From the NCBI RefSeq assembly GCF_036507355.1, contig NZ_AP027877.1: a DNA stretch of 64,000 nucleotides; one strand, given 5' to 3'. This document shows positions 45,985 to 58,120 of the stretch, piece after piece (the first letter of the stretch is position 1; each line of letters opens with the position of its first letter). The translations under genes and the position numbers were made by a program. This DNA comes from Escherichia coli (GTDB lineage: Bacteria; Pseudomonadota; Gammaproteobacteria; Enterobacterales; Enterobacteriaceae). Under the pieces are notes generated by a model that had not been told where the DNA came from, searched no databases, and was given only the letters and a program-made list of their open reading frames with translations.

Positions 45985-46011
45985 GTTTTGCGTTTGTCAT
46001 CAGTCTCGGAT

Positions 46012-46641
46012 ATGGTCGATATGAAAACTACGCATACCTCCCTCCCCTTTGCCGGACATACGCTGCATTTTGTTGAGTTCGATCCGGCGAATTTTTGTGA
46101 GCAGGATTTACTCTGGCTGCCGCACTACGCACAACTGCAACACGCTGGACGTAAACGTAAAACAGAGCATTTAGCCGGACGGATCGCTGCTGTTTATGCC
46201 TTGCGGGAATATGGCTATAAATGTGTGCCCGCAATCGGCGAGCTACGCCAACCGGTGTGGCCTGCGGAGGTATACGGCAGTATTAGCCACTGCGGGGCTA
46301 CGGCATTGGCCGTGGTTTCCCGTCAACCGATTGGCGTTGATATCGAAGAAATTTTTTCTGCGCAAACAGCGACCGAATTGACAGACAACATTATTACACC
46401 AGCAGAACACGAGCGACTCGCAGACTGCGGTTTAGCCTTTTCTCTGGCGCTGACACTGGCATTTTCCGCCAAAGAGAGCGCATTTAAGGCAAGTGAGATC
46501 CAAACTGATGCAGGTTTTCTGGACTATCAGATAATTAGCTGGAATAAACAGCAGGTCATCATTCATCGTGAGAATGAGATGTTTGCTGTGCACTGGCAGA
46601 TAAAAGAAAAAATAGTCATAACTCTGTGCCAACATGATTAA
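46012..46641 (+). CDS. entD: Enterobactin synthase phosphopantetheinyl transferase EntD
   Basis: ORF 45871..46641 trimmed to MVDMKTTHTSLPFAGHTLHFVEF...; the longer ORF would read through the REP elements. Confidence 0.9.
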   Translation: MVDMKTTHTSLPFAGHTLHFVEFDPANFCEQDLLWLPHYAQLQHAGRKRKTEHLAGRIAAVYALREYGYKCVPAIGELRQPVWPAEVYGSISHCGATALAVVSRQPIGVDIEEIFSAQTATELTDNIITPAEHERLADCGLAFSLALTLAFSAKESAFKASEIQTDAGFLDYQIISWNKQQVIIHRENEMFAVHWQIKEKIVITLCQHD

Positions 46642-46762
46642 TTGACAACATCTGGTACGATTCGCCCGCAGCCATCACTGACTGCGGGCGAAAGTGTAAA
46701 GCAGGTGCCTTACCACTCTGACCTGACAACCGGATATGCGGGGATTGCTCCCCGCACAACGG

Positions 46763-46915
46763 CTACTTCTTCGGTTCGTAAGCGAGAACAGCCTTAAACT
46801 CAATATTACGTTCCTTTACGGTGAACTCACACAGCGAGTCTCCGACCAGAAGCGTAAATCCCAGCACCGTCAAACACAGCACTATGACTGCCACAAGGGC
46901 ATATTTCGTCAGCAT
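46763..46915 (-). CDS. hokE: Hok-family type I toxin, copy 1 (50 aa)
   Basis: [50 protein letters not shown]; GGAGG Shine-Dalgarno 8 nt upstream of the ATG. Confidence 0.85.
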   Translation of the reverse strand: MLTKYALVAVIVLCLTVLGFTLLVGDSLCEFTVKERNIEFKAVLAYEPKK

Positions 46916-46954
46916 GTTTATATTGCCTCCATGCGAAGAAGGGACTACCATCCG

Positions 46955-47020
46955 AGTTGTTGAGGCTCGGAGTGGCAGCCCCAGGATTGATAGAAATATC
47001 TCCTGGGGCTTCATCTTTCC
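46955..47020 (+). ncRNA. Expected Sok-type antisense RNA of hok copy 1 (coordinates approximate)
   Basis: Inferred from hok/sok architecture: antisense RNA overlapping the leader and upstream ATG of the hok mRNA; no promoter or ends mapped. Confidence 0.25.
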
Positions 47021-47265
47021 AGACCTCAGAGTTAACCTGAAACCGGAAAGCTTCAGGCACCCGCCGTTATCTTACCCTTCCTTAGCAAAATAGCTGTTTA
47101 TTTATACAGTGAATCCTGTTTCGGACTTCTGTCGGCAAAACTCATCATTGCTCTTAAAACGAAATCGCCCGCAGCCATCACTGACCGCGGGCGAAAGTGT
47201 AAAGCAGGTGCCTTACCATCCTGACCTGACAACCGGATATGCGGGGATTACTCCCCGCACAACGG

Positions 47266-47418
47266 CTACTTCTTCGGTTCGTAAGCGAGAACAGCCCTGA
47301 ACTCAATATTACGTTCCTTCACCGTAAACTCACACAGCGAGTCTCCGACCAGAAGCGTAAATCCCAGTACCGTCAAACACAGCACTATGACTGCCACAAG
47401 GGCATATTTCGTCAGCAT
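47266..47418 (-). CDS. Hok-family type I toxin, copy 2 (50 aa, K41R relative to copy 1)
   Basis: [50 protein letters not shown]; same SD context as copy 1. Confidence 0.85.
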   Translation of the reverse strand: MLTKYALVAVIVLCLTVLGFTLLVGDSLCEFTVKERNIEFRAVLAYEPKK

Positions 47419-47457
47419 GTTTATATTGCCTCCATGCGAAGAAGGAACTACCATCCA

Positions 47458-47525
47458 AATTGTCTGGTTTGGAGTGGCAGCCCCAGGGTTGATAGAAATA
47501 TCTCCTGGGGCTTCATCTTTCCAGA
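47458..47525 (+). ncRNA. Expected Sok-type antisense RNA of hok copy 2 (coordinates approximate)
   Basis: Same inference as for copy 1. Confidence 0.25.
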
Positions 47526-47848
47526 CCTCAGAGTAAACCTGAAACCGGAAAGCTTCAGGCACCCGCCGTTATCTTACCTTTGCTTAGCAAAATAGCTGTT
47601 TATTTATACAGTAAGTCCTGTTTCGGACTTCTCACTCCCCATTTGATCAACTGAAGCTGAACCCGTTTTTTTCTGCATGCCTCAATCGTCAAAATTCTTC
47701 GCCACCAGCCAGCCGTGCCATAACTTGTCACATTGCAAAAGTAGCCAATTTGCTTCAGTCACCATCACCAAAAAAAGAAATATTCCAGAACTTCCGCATC
47801 TCGCCCAGCCGCTCCGACTTCTATACTGAATAGAAAACGCCAACATAA

Positions 47849-48976
<1,128 letters not shown>

Positions 48977-49041
48977 GCCGGGAATTGCCTTACAGAAGAA
49001 TATCCCTGACAATGGTGTTTTAACTTACATTTAACAATGTT

Positions 49042-49290
49042 ATGAAACACCCTTTAGAAACCTTGACCACCGCAGCAGGCATTTTGCTGATGGCTTTCCT
49101 CTCTTGCCTGCTGCTGCCCGCCCCCGCACTGGGGCTGACGCTGGCACAAAAACTGGTGACCACGTTCCATCTGATGGATCTTAGTCAGCTTTACACTTTA
49201 TTGTTTTGTCTGTGGTTTTTAGTGCTGGGCGCTATTGAGTATTTTGTTCTGCGCTTTATCTGGCGACGCTGGTTCTCGCTGGCGGATTAA
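49042..49290 (+). CDS. ybdJ: Small inner membrane protein YbdJ
   Basis: 82-aa ORF with two hydrophobic segments, [32 protein letters not shown]... Confidence 0.85.
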   Translation: MKHPLETLTTAAGILLMAFLSCLLLPAPALGLTLAQKLVTTFHLMDLSQLYTLLFCLWFLVLGAIEYFVLRFIWRRWFSLAD

Positions 49291-49354
49291 ACGTCGATTA
49301 TCGCCGTACTTCGCGGCATACTTTGCTTATTCTCCTTCGCCTAAAGGAACGTTT

Positions 49355-49723
49355 ATGGATAAGCAATCACTGCACGAAACGGCGAAACGCCAGGCCCTTG
49401 AGTTACCCTTTGTCGAGCTTTGCTGGCCTTTTGGCGCGGAGTTCGATGTTTTTAAAATTGGCGGCAAGATTTTTATGCTGTCGTCGGAGCTACGCGGCGT
49501 CCCCTTTATCAATCTGAAGTCCGAACCACAAAAATCCCTGTTAAATCAGCAAATATACCCGAGCATTAAGCCAGGGTATCACATGAATAAAAAGCACTGG
49601 ATTTCGGTGTATCCCGGCGAGGAAATCTCCGAAGCGTTACTTCGCGATCTGATCAACGATTCGTGGAATCTGGTGGTTGATGGTCTGGCTAAACGCGATC
49701 AAAAAAGAGTGCGTCCAGGCTAA
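49355..49723 (+). CDS. ybdF: Uncharacterised protein YbdF
   Basis: ORF 49235..49723 trimmed to [27 protein letters not shown]... (122 aa). Confidence 0.85.
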   Translation: MDKQSLHETAKRQALELPFVELCWPFGAEFDVFKIGGKIFMLSSELRGVPFINLKSEPQKSLLNQQIYPSIKPGYHMNKKHWISVYPGEEISEALLRDLINDSWNLVVDGLAKRDQKRVRPG

Positions 49724-49816
49724 AGCGGAAATCTATAGCGCATTTTTCTCGCTTACCATTTCTCGTTGAACCTTGTAATCTGCTGGCACGCAAAATTACT
49801 TTCACATGGAGTCTTT

Positions 49817-50470
49817 ATGGATATCATTTCTGTCGCCTTAAAGCGTCATTCCACTAAGGCATTTGATGCCAGCAAAAAACTTACCCCGGAACAGGCCGAG
49901 CAGATCAAAACGCTACTGCAATACAGCCCATCCAGCACCAACTCCCAGCCGTGGCATTTTATTGTTGCCAGCACGGAAGAAGGTAAAGCGCGTGTTGCCA
50001 AATCCGCTGCCGGTAATTATGTGTTCAACGAGCGTAAAATGCTTGATGCCTCGCACGTCGTGGTGTTCTGTGCAAAAACCGCGATGGACGATGCCTGGCT
50101 GAAGCTGGTTGTTGACCAGGAAGATGCTGATGGCCGCTTTGCCACGCCGGAAGCGAAAGCCGCGAACGATAAAGGTCGCAAGTTCTTCGCTGATATGCAT
50201 CGTAAAGATCTGCATGATGATGCAGAGTGGATGGCAAAACAGGTTTATCTCAACGTCGGTAACTTCCTGCTCGGCGTGGCGGCTCTGGGTCTGGACGCGG
50301 TACCCATCGAAGGTTTTGACGCCGCCATCCTCGATGCAGAATTTGGTCTGAAAGAGAAAGGCTACACCAGTCTGGTGGTTGTTCCGGTAGGTCATCACAG
50401 CGTTGAAGATTTTAACGCTACGCTGCCGAAATCTCGTCTGCCGCAAAACATCACCTTAACCGAAGTGTAA
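49817..50470 (+). CDS. nfsB: Oxygen-insensitive NAD(P)H nitroreductase NfsB
   Basis: ORF 49766..50470 trimmed to [34 protein letters not shown]... (217 aa). Confidence 0.95.
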   Translation: MDIISVALKRHSTKAFDASKKLTPEQAEQIKTLLQYSPSSTNSQPWHFIVASTEEGKARVAKSAAGNYVFNERKMLDASHVVVFCAKTAMDDAWLKLVVDQEDADGRFATPEAKAANDKGRKFFADMHRKDLHDDAEWMAKQVYLNVGNFLLGVAALGLDAVPIEGFDAAILDAEFGLKEKGYTSLVVVPVGHHSVEDFNATLPKSRLPQNITLTEV

Positions 50471-50529
50471 TTCTCTCTTGCCGGGCATCTGCCCGGCTAT
50501 TTCTCATCAGATTTTACTTATTTGCATAA

Positions 50530-51825
<1,296 letters not shown>

Positions 51826-51834
51826 TTAAAAAAA

Positions 51835-51868
51835 CCGCTCTCATCGAATGGATGAGAGCGGACATCGT
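51835..51868. terminator. Bidirectional terminator between convergent ybdG and pheP
   Basis: CCGCTCTCATC-GAATG-GATGAGAGCGG perfect 11-bp stem, with an A-run on one side (T-run for pheP on the minus strand) and CGTTTTG on the other. Confidence 0.65.
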
Positions 51869-51892
51869 TTTGTCGGATGTAGCGTGAATGCC

Positions 51893-53269
51893 TTATTTCC
51901 GACGCAGCGTTTTAAACGCCACAAACAGGAATACAATCCACACCGGCAGCAGGATCGCTGACAAGCGCATATCATCCATCGTGCACATCAGCAGCAAAAT
52001 CATGCCGAGGAAGGCAATGCAGAGATAGTTGCCGAACGGATAGAGCAGCGCCTTAAACTGTGTTTCACGCCCCTGACGTCGCATCGCTGCACGAAAACGC
52101 AGATGCGCCAGGCAGATCATAATCCAGTTCAACAGCAGCGTTGCTACCACCAGCGCCATCAGCAGACCAAACGCTTTTTGCGGCAGCAGATAGTTGATTA
52201 ACACCACCAGCGAAGTGATCGCTCCGGAAAGCATCAGCGAGTTAATCGGCACGCCGCGACGGCTGACGCGAGTCAAAAACTTCGGCGCATTACCCTGTAC
52301 AGAAAGGCCAAACAGCATGCGGCTGTTAGAGTAAACCCCGCTGTTATACACTGACAGCGATGCTACCAGAATGACGAAGTTCAGCGCAGAAGCTACCACG
52401 TTGCTGTCGAGATTATGGAAAATCATCACAAACGGGCTACTGTTGGATTTCACTTCCACCCACGGATAGAGCGCCAGTAAAACCACCAGTGAACCGATGT
52501 AAAACAGCAGGATGCGATACACCACCTGATTTACCGCTTTTGGAATGCTTTTTTCCGGATCGCGCGCTTCAGCCGCAGTAATCCCAATCAGCTCCAGACC
52601 GCCGAAGGAGAACATAATCACCGCCAGCGACAAAATCAGCCCATTCCAGCCGGTGGCGAAGAAACCACCGTAGCGCCAGAGGTTGTCGATACTGGCTTTC
52701 TCGCCGCCGTGACCAGAAAACAGCAGCCACAGGCCAAAGCCGATCATACCGATGATCGCCAGCACTTTAATCAGCGCAAACCAGAACTCGGTTTCGCCAT
52801 ATAAGCGCACGTTCACCAGGTTAACGGCGTTGATGATAATAAAGAAGGCGGCAGCCCAAATCCACGTTGGAACATCCGGGAACCAGTACTGCATATAGAT
52901 GCCCGCAGCGGTCAGCTCTGCCATTCCCACCAGCACGAACATCACCCAGTAGTTCCAGCCGGAGAGGAACCCGGCGAACGGTCCCCAGTATTTATAGGCA
53001 AAGTGGGCAAATGAACCGGATACCGGCTCTTCGACCACCATCTCGCCGAGCTGGCGCATAATCAGGAAAGCGATGATCCCGGCGACGCCGTAGCCCAGCA
53101 ATACAGCCGGACCCGCCATCTGAATCGCCGGGCCAATGCCAAGAAACAGACCAGTACCAATTGCGCCACCCAGCGCAATCAGTTGAATATGACGGTTATG
53201 TAATCCGCGATGAAGCGTCGGCTCTTGATTCGACGCAGTATCTTCCGATACGGTTGACGCGTTTTTCAC
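51893..53269 (-). CDS. pheP: Phenylalanine-specific permease PheP (GTG start)
   Basis: ORF 51893..53305 trimmed to the GTG giving (M)KNASTVSEDTASNQEPTLHRGLHNRH... (458 aa). Confidence 0.92.
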   Translation of the reverse strand: MKNASTVSEDTASNQEPTLHRGLHNRHIQLIALGGAIGTGLFLGIGPAIQMAGPAVLLGYGVAGIIAFLIMRQLGEMVVEEPVSGSFAHFAYKYWGPFAGFLSGWNYWVMFVLVGMAELTAAGIYMQYWFPDVPTWIWAAAFFIIINAVNLVNVRLYGETEFWFALIKVLAIIGMIGFGLWLLFSGHGGEKASIDNLWRYGGFFATGWNGLILSLAVIMFSFGGLELIGITAAEARDPEKSIPKAVNQVVYRILLFYIGSLVVLLALYPWVEVKSNSSPFVMIFHNLDSNVVASALNFVILVASLSVYNSGVYSNSRMLFGLSVQGNAPKFLTRVSRRGVPINSLMLSGAITSLVVLINYLLPQKAFGLLMALVVATLLLNWIMICLAHLRFRAAMRRQGRETQFKALLYPFGNYLCIAFLGMILLLMCTMDDMRLSAILLPVWIVFLFVAFKTLRRK

Positions 53270-53370
53270 GCCTTTCCCCTGTGTGTCTTTTTTGTTGAGG
53301 GGCACCTTTTAACATTTAGTGCCCATCGTCGCAAGACACAATCCACACGGTTAAACGGGGTATCCTGCTT

Positions 53371-56300
53371 TTATTTCCGTACCCGATGTCGGTGCAGCCA
53401 CATCAGCTTATACGCCGCCGGGATAATAAACAGCGACAGCAAAGGCGCGGTGATCATGCCGCCAATCATCGGCGCGGCAATCCGGCTCATCACCTCTGAC
53501 CCTGCTCCTGTTCCCCACAGAATCGGCAGCAGACCAGCGATAATCACCGCCACCGTCATCGCTTTCGGGCGCACGCGCAGTACCGCGCCGTGATACAACG
53601 CCTCATCCAGCTTCTGCTCGCTGAATGTTTGCGGATTATTCAACGACGGCTCGGCCTCTATGGCGTGACGTAAATACATCAGCATCACCACGCCAAATTC
53701 GGCGGCGACCCCGGCGAGGGCGATAAAGCCAGTGCCCGTCGCCACAGAAAGATGAAAGCCCATCCACCACAGCAACCAGATGCCGCCCACCAGCGCAAAC
53801 GGTACGCTGCTGATAATCAGCAACGCTTCGCCCACCCGACGGAATGCCAGATACAACAGCACGAAGATGATCATCAACGTCATCGGCACCATGAGTTTCA
53901 GCTTATGGTTGGCGCGCTCCAGTAGCTCGAACTGCCCGGAGAACGCCACGCTGGTGCCCGGTTTTAACTGCACTTTTTCAGCTATCGCTTTTTGCAGATC
54001 GTGAACCACCGACACCATGTCACGATCGCGGGCATCGATATAAATCCAGCTCGTCGGGCGCGCATTCTCGGTTTTCAGCATCGACGGTCCGGTAGAGACG
54101 TTAACGTCGGCCACGTCCGCCAGGGTGATTTGCTGCTTCATCGGCGTCAGGATCGGCAACTGGCGCAGCGCCTGCGGGCTATCGCGCCAGCTTTGCGGAT
54201 AACGCAGATTAATGGGATAACGGGCAATTCCTTCCACCATTTCGCCAACCATCGCCCCGCCCACCGCAGATGTCACAAACAATTGCACATCCGCCACCGT
54301 CATACCGTAACGCGCGGCTTTTTCACGGTTAATCTCAACGTTGATATAGCGCCCACCTTCCAGACGCTCGGCAAGCGCAGAAGCCACGCCTGGCACCGTT
54401 CGCGCCACTTCTTCAATTTGCTCCGCCATCGCGTCGATATCCGCCAGCACAGTGCCGGAAACTTTAATGCCGATGGGGCTTTTAATGCCGGTTGAGAGCA
54501 TATCGATACGGTTACGAATTGGCGGCACCCACAGATTCGCCAGCCCCGGCAGACGCACGGTGTTATCCAGTTCCTCAATGATTTTGTCCATCGTCATGCC
54601 TGGCCGCCACTGATCCTGTGGCTTAAGCTGAATGGTCGTTTCAACCATCTCCAGCGGAGCAGAATCGGTGGCGGTTTCCGCTTTCCCGGTTTTGCCAAAT
54701 ACCCGCGCCACTTCAGGTACGCTCATAATCAGCTTGTCGGTTTTTTGCAGCATACTCGCCGCCTCTGCTGCGGAAATCCCCGGCAGCGTCGATGGCATAT
54801 ACAACAAGTCGCCTTCATTGATCTGCGGTAAAAATTCCCCGCCAACTTTATTGAGCGGCCAGAGAACCGTCAGCACCGAAAGCGCTGCCACCAGCAGCGT
54901 GGTTTTCGGCCAGTGCAGTACTTTCAGCAATAGCGGATGATAAACACGAATCAAAAAGCGATTGAGCGGGTTACTGCTTTCCGGCGGAATTTTGCCACGG
55001 ATCCAGTAACCCATCAGGATAGGGATCACCACGATCGCCAGCAGCGCCGCGCCCGCCATCGCATACGTTTTGGTGAACGCCAGCGGGCCAAACAGACGCC
55101 CTTCCTGCCCTTCCAGGGTGAAGATCGGGATAAACGACAGTGTGATAATCAGCAGACTGATAAACAACGCCGGTCCCACTTCAACAGACGCATCGGTAAT
55201 CACCTGCCAGCGCGTTTTATTATCCAGCGTGGCGTCAGGATGCTGGTGCTGCCACTCTTCCAGCCGTTTATGCGCATTCTCGATCATGACGATAGCGGCA
55301 TCGACCATCGCCCCGACGGCAATCGCAATACCGCCCAGCGACATAATATTGGCATTCAGCCCCTGGAAGTGCATGACAATAAAAGCAATACACAACCCCA
55401 GCGGCAACGAAATAATCGCCACCAGCGCCGAGCGCACATGCCAGAGAAACAGCGCACAGACTACCGCCACCACAATAAACTCTTCCAGCAACTTGCCGCT
55501 GAGGTTGTCGATGGCCCGGTCAATGAGCTGGCTGCGATCGTATGTTGTAACTATCTCCACGCCTTCCGGCAGACTACTTTTCAGCGTTTCCAGTTTGTCC
55601 TTCACGGCGGCGATCACTTCTCGGGCGTTTTTGCCGGAGCGCAGGATCACCACCCCGCCCGCAACTTCGCCTTCGCCGTTCAGTTCGGCAATGCCCCGGC
55701 GCATCTCCGGGCCAACCTGGACCTTCGCAACATCACGCAGATAAACGGGCACGCCATTTTCACTGGCTTTTAAAACGATGTGATTAAAGTCGTCGAGCGT
55801 TTGCAGATAGCCGCTGGCGCGCACCATATATTCCGCTTCCGCCAGTTCGATCGACGAACCGCCCGCTTCCTGGTTTGAAGCATCCAGCGCATTTTTCACT
55901 TCGCCGAGACTGATGCCATACTGCGCCAGGCGCTGAGGATCGATAACCACCTGATACTCTTTCACCACACCGCCCACCGACGCCACTTCCGCAACGTCAG
56001 GGATGGTTTTTAGCTCATATTTGAGAAACCAGTCCTGCAATGAGCGTAAATCGGCCAGATCGTGCTTACCGCTGCGATCCACCAATGCATATTCATAGAT
56101 CCAGCCAACACCCGTGGCATCTGGCCCCAGCTCGGCGCTGACTCCCGCAGGCAGCTTACCCTGTACCTGGTTGAGGTACTCCAGCACCCGCGAGCGCGCC
56201 CAGTACGGATCGGTGCCATCTTCGAAAATGACATACACATAAGAGTCGCCAAACTGCGAGAAACCACGCACAGTCTTCGCGCCAGGCACCGACAACATGG

Positions 56301-56514
56301 TGGTAGTTAGCGGATAAGTCACCTGATTTTCAACGATTTGCGGTGCCTGACCGGGATAGCTGGTTTTAATAATCACCTGCACATCGGAGAGATCCGGCAG
56401 CGCATCCACTGGCGTATTAATGATGGTCCAGGTGCCCCAGATACTTAGAAACAACGCGCCCATCAGCACCAAAAAACGGTTCGCCACCGAGCGACGAATA
56501 ATCCATTCAATCAT
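53371..56514 (-). CDS. cusA: Copper/silver efflux RND transporter CusA
   Basis: 1047-aa [34 protein letters not shown]... Confidence 0.95.
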   Translation of the reverse strand: MIEWIIRRSVANRFLVLMGALFLSIWGTWTIINTPVDALPDLSDVQVIIKTSYPGQAPQIVENQVTYPLTTTMLSVPGAKTVRGFSQFGDSYVYVIFEDGTDPYWARSRVLEYLNQVQGKLPAGVSAELGPDATGVGWIYEYALVDRSGKHDLADLRSLQDWFLKYELKTIPDVAEVASVGGVVKEYQVVIDPQRLAQYGISLGEVKNALDASNQEAGGSSIELAEAEYMVRASGYLQTLDDFNHIVLKASENGVPVYLRDVAKVQVGPEMRRGIAELNGEGEVAGGVVILRSGKNAREVIAAVKDKLETLKSSLPEGVEIVTTYDRSQLIDRAIDNLSGKLLEEFIVVAVVCALFLWHVRSALVAIISLPLGLCIAFIVMHFQGLNANIMSLGGIAIAVGAMVDAAIVMIENAHKRLEEWQHQHPDATLDNKTRWQVITDASVEVGPALFISLLIITLSFIPIFTLEGQEGRLFGPLAFTKTYAMAGAALLAIVVIPILMGYWIRGKIPPESSNPLNRFLIRVYHPLLLKVLHWPKTTLLVAALSVLTVLWPLNKVGGEFLPQINEGDLLYMPSTLPGISAAEAASMLQKTDKLIMSVPEVARVFGKTGKAETATDSAPLEMVETTIQLKPQDQWRPGMTMDKIIEELDNTVRLPGLANLWVPPIRNRIDMLSTGIKSPIGIKVSGTVLADIDAMAEQIEEVARTVPGVASALAERLEGGRYINVEINREKAARYGMTVADVQLFVTSAVGGAMVGEMVEGIARYPINLRYPQSWRDSPQALRQLPILTPMKQQITLADVADVNVSTGPSMLKTENARPTSWIYIDARDRDMVSVVHDLQKAIAEKVQLKPGTSVAFSGQFELLERANHKLKLMVPMTLMIIFVLLYLAFRRVGEALLIISSVPFALVGGIWLLWWMGFHLSVATGTGFIALAGVAAEFGVVMLMYLRHAIEAEPSLNNPQTFSEQKLDEALYHGAVLRVRPKAMTVAVIIAGLLPILWGTGAGSEVMSRIAAPMIGGMITAPLLSLFIIPAAYKLMWLHRHRVRK

Positions 56515-56525
56515 TGGTTATTCCC

Positions 56526-57749
56526 TCAATGCGCATGGGTAGCACTTTCAGAGCGCATCCGCTCCAGTGCGCCAGAAATATTGGCTTCGGAATCAATCAG
56601 GAACAGGCCGCTGGAAACCACCTTTTCACCTTCCGCCAGACCAGAGCGTAATGCGGTGACACCTTGCGATGCCTGGAAAACGGCAACGCGTTTTGGTACA
56701 AAGCGCCCGTCGGCATCAACGGTAATCACCCGCTGTTCGCTGCCGGTATCAATCAGCGCTTGTGACGGAATGAGCAGCATCGGTTCGCTGGCGGTATTGA
56801 GTTGCAACCAGGCGTTCATTCCCGGTTTTAGCGCCTCGTCGGCGTTGTCGACTTCCAGACGCAGCTGCAGCGTGCGGGTCGCGGCATCCACGCCAGGTAG
56901 TAGCGTCCATTTGCGGATGGTGAGTGTTTTATCAGGTCGCGCCGGAACGGTGAGCGTAAACTGCGAGGCATCTTTCACCAGCCAGGCGATGGACTCCGGG
57001 ATCGCAGCAGTGACCCACACCGGGTCCATACCCTGAATTTTCGCTACCACGTTATCTTTGGCGATATTCATTCCCGCGCGCAGATCAAACGCGGTGATCA
57101 CGCCATCAATGGGTGCTTTGAGCGTAAAGCGAGTCTGGATTTTTTGCGTGGCGATCAGGCGGCGAATATCCGCCTCCGGCATTCCCGCCAGTCGCAGCCG
57201 CTCAAGAATGCCTTCAGTCTGGGTCGCCGTACCGCCGGTTTCGCGCAGCAGTAAATACTCACTCTGCGCTTCCACCCAGTCAGGAATGGTCAGGTCGAGA
57301 AGCGGTGCGCCCTTTTGTACTTTATCGCCCACGGTAAGCGGATACACCTTGTCGATAAACCCGGCAGCGCGAGCCTGCACAATGGCATACTGATACTCGT
57401 TGTAACTGACATTCGCCGGGAAACTCTGGGCAAAAGTCAGCGGTCCGCGCGTGACGGTAGCCGTTTTCACCCCCAGATTCTGCGTCTGAGTCGGGTCAAT
57501 GCGCACACCAGACGCAGAACTCTCTTCATCGGCATATTTCGGCACCAGATCCATATCCATAAACGGCGATTTACCTGGTTTATCGAACCGCGTATTGGGA
57601 TACATCGGGTCGTACCAGAATAAGATTTTACGTTCTGCGGTCGACGTTTTTTCTGCAGGCGGTTCCGCCTTTGCAAACCAGGTAAAACCTGCCGCAGAAA
57701 TAATACCGCCCGCGATCATGCTGCCGATAATAAGCGCGATTTTTTTCAT
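56526..57749 (-). CDS. cusB: Copper/silver efflux membrane fusion protein CusB
   Basis: 407-aa ORF MKKIALIIGSMIAGGIISAAGFTWF... Confidence 0.95.
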   Translation of the reverse strand: MKKIALIIGSMIAGGIISAAGFTWFAKAEPPAEKTSTAERKILFWYDPMYPNTRFDKPGKSPFMDMDLVPKYADEESSASGVRIDPTQTQNLGVKTATVTRGPLTFAQSFPANVSYNEYQYAIVQARAAGFIDKVYPLTVGDKVQKGAPLLDLTIPDWVEAQSEYLLLRETGGTATQTEGILERLRLAGMPEADIRRLIATQKIQTRFTLKAPIDGVITAFDLRAGMNIAKDNVVAKIQGMDPVWVTAAIPESIAWLVKDASQFTLTVPARPDKTLTIRKWTLLPGVDAATRTLQLRLEVDNADEALKPGMNAWLQLNTASEPMLLIPSQALIDTGSEQRVITVDADGRFVPKRVAVFQASQGVTALRSGLAEGEKVVSSGLFLIDSEANISGALERMRSESATHAH

Positions 57750-57764
57750 CTCATTAAACCTGGG

Positions 57765-58097
57765 TTACTGGCTGACTTTAATATCCTGTAATAAAGAAAG
57801 GTTGCCCTGCTGGACAAAATTAAACGCCACTTTGTCGCCAGTTTTAATTTCACTCATTTTCGTCTGCGGAGTGATGGTAAAGCGCATGGTCATCTCCGGC
57901 CAGTTCACGGCAGCAATCGGATCGTGATGGATGGTGATTTTTTTGCTTTCCAGATCAACACCTTTTACCACGCCGGTGGCACTAATGACCTGTGGTTGTG
58001 CTTCGCTCATGGTTTCATGATGATGTTCGTTAGCCTGGGCATTAAAGCCAATAACGGTAAACAGACTGAACATTGCGACTTGCAGTGCTTTTTTCAT
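57765..58097 (-). CDS. cusF: Periplasmic copper chaperone CusF
   Basis: 110-aa ORF MKKALQVAMFSLFTVIGFNAQANEHHHETMSEAQ... Confidence 0.95.
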   Translation of the reverse strand: MKKALQVAMFSLFTVIGFNAQANEHHHETMSEAQPQVISATGVVKGVDLESKKITIHHDPIAAVNWPEMTMRFTITPQTKMSEIKTGDKVAFNFVQQGNLSLLQDIKVSQ

Positions 58098-58120
58098 TTA
58101 TTTTCTCCTGGAGTTAAAAA

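Larger units (their letters stand above)
46651..47630 (-). repeat. Tandem pair of diverged hok/sok-type loci (unit 46651..47130 and 47164..47630, period about 513 bp)
   Basis: Two direct repeats of about 480 bp, each with a Hok ORF, upstream leader and a 3' GC hairpin (CGCCCGCAG...CTGCGGGCG); copies differ at scattered positions. Confidence 0.85.

Noticed and set aside
46736-47595. Plus-strand ORFs 46736..46963 (75 aa) and 47239..47595 (118 aa), near-identical to each other
   Set aside because: They are the antisense strand of the duplicated hok loci; their similarity reflects the DNA duplication, not a conserved protein. The strand is more likely to carry the short Sok antisense RNAs.
46651-47630. 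Possible CRISPR-like array suggested by the regularly spaced repeat
   Set aside because: Only two units, each about 480 bp with a 513-bp period and encoding a Hok toxin; no short 25-40 bp repeats with unique spacers anywhere in the window.
54937-55773. Plus-strand ORFs (54937..55773, 278 aa; 55070..55744, 224 aa) antisense to cusA
   Set aside because: Embedded in the cusA coding region; Arg/His/Gln-rich translations without recognisable motifs; antisense artefacts.
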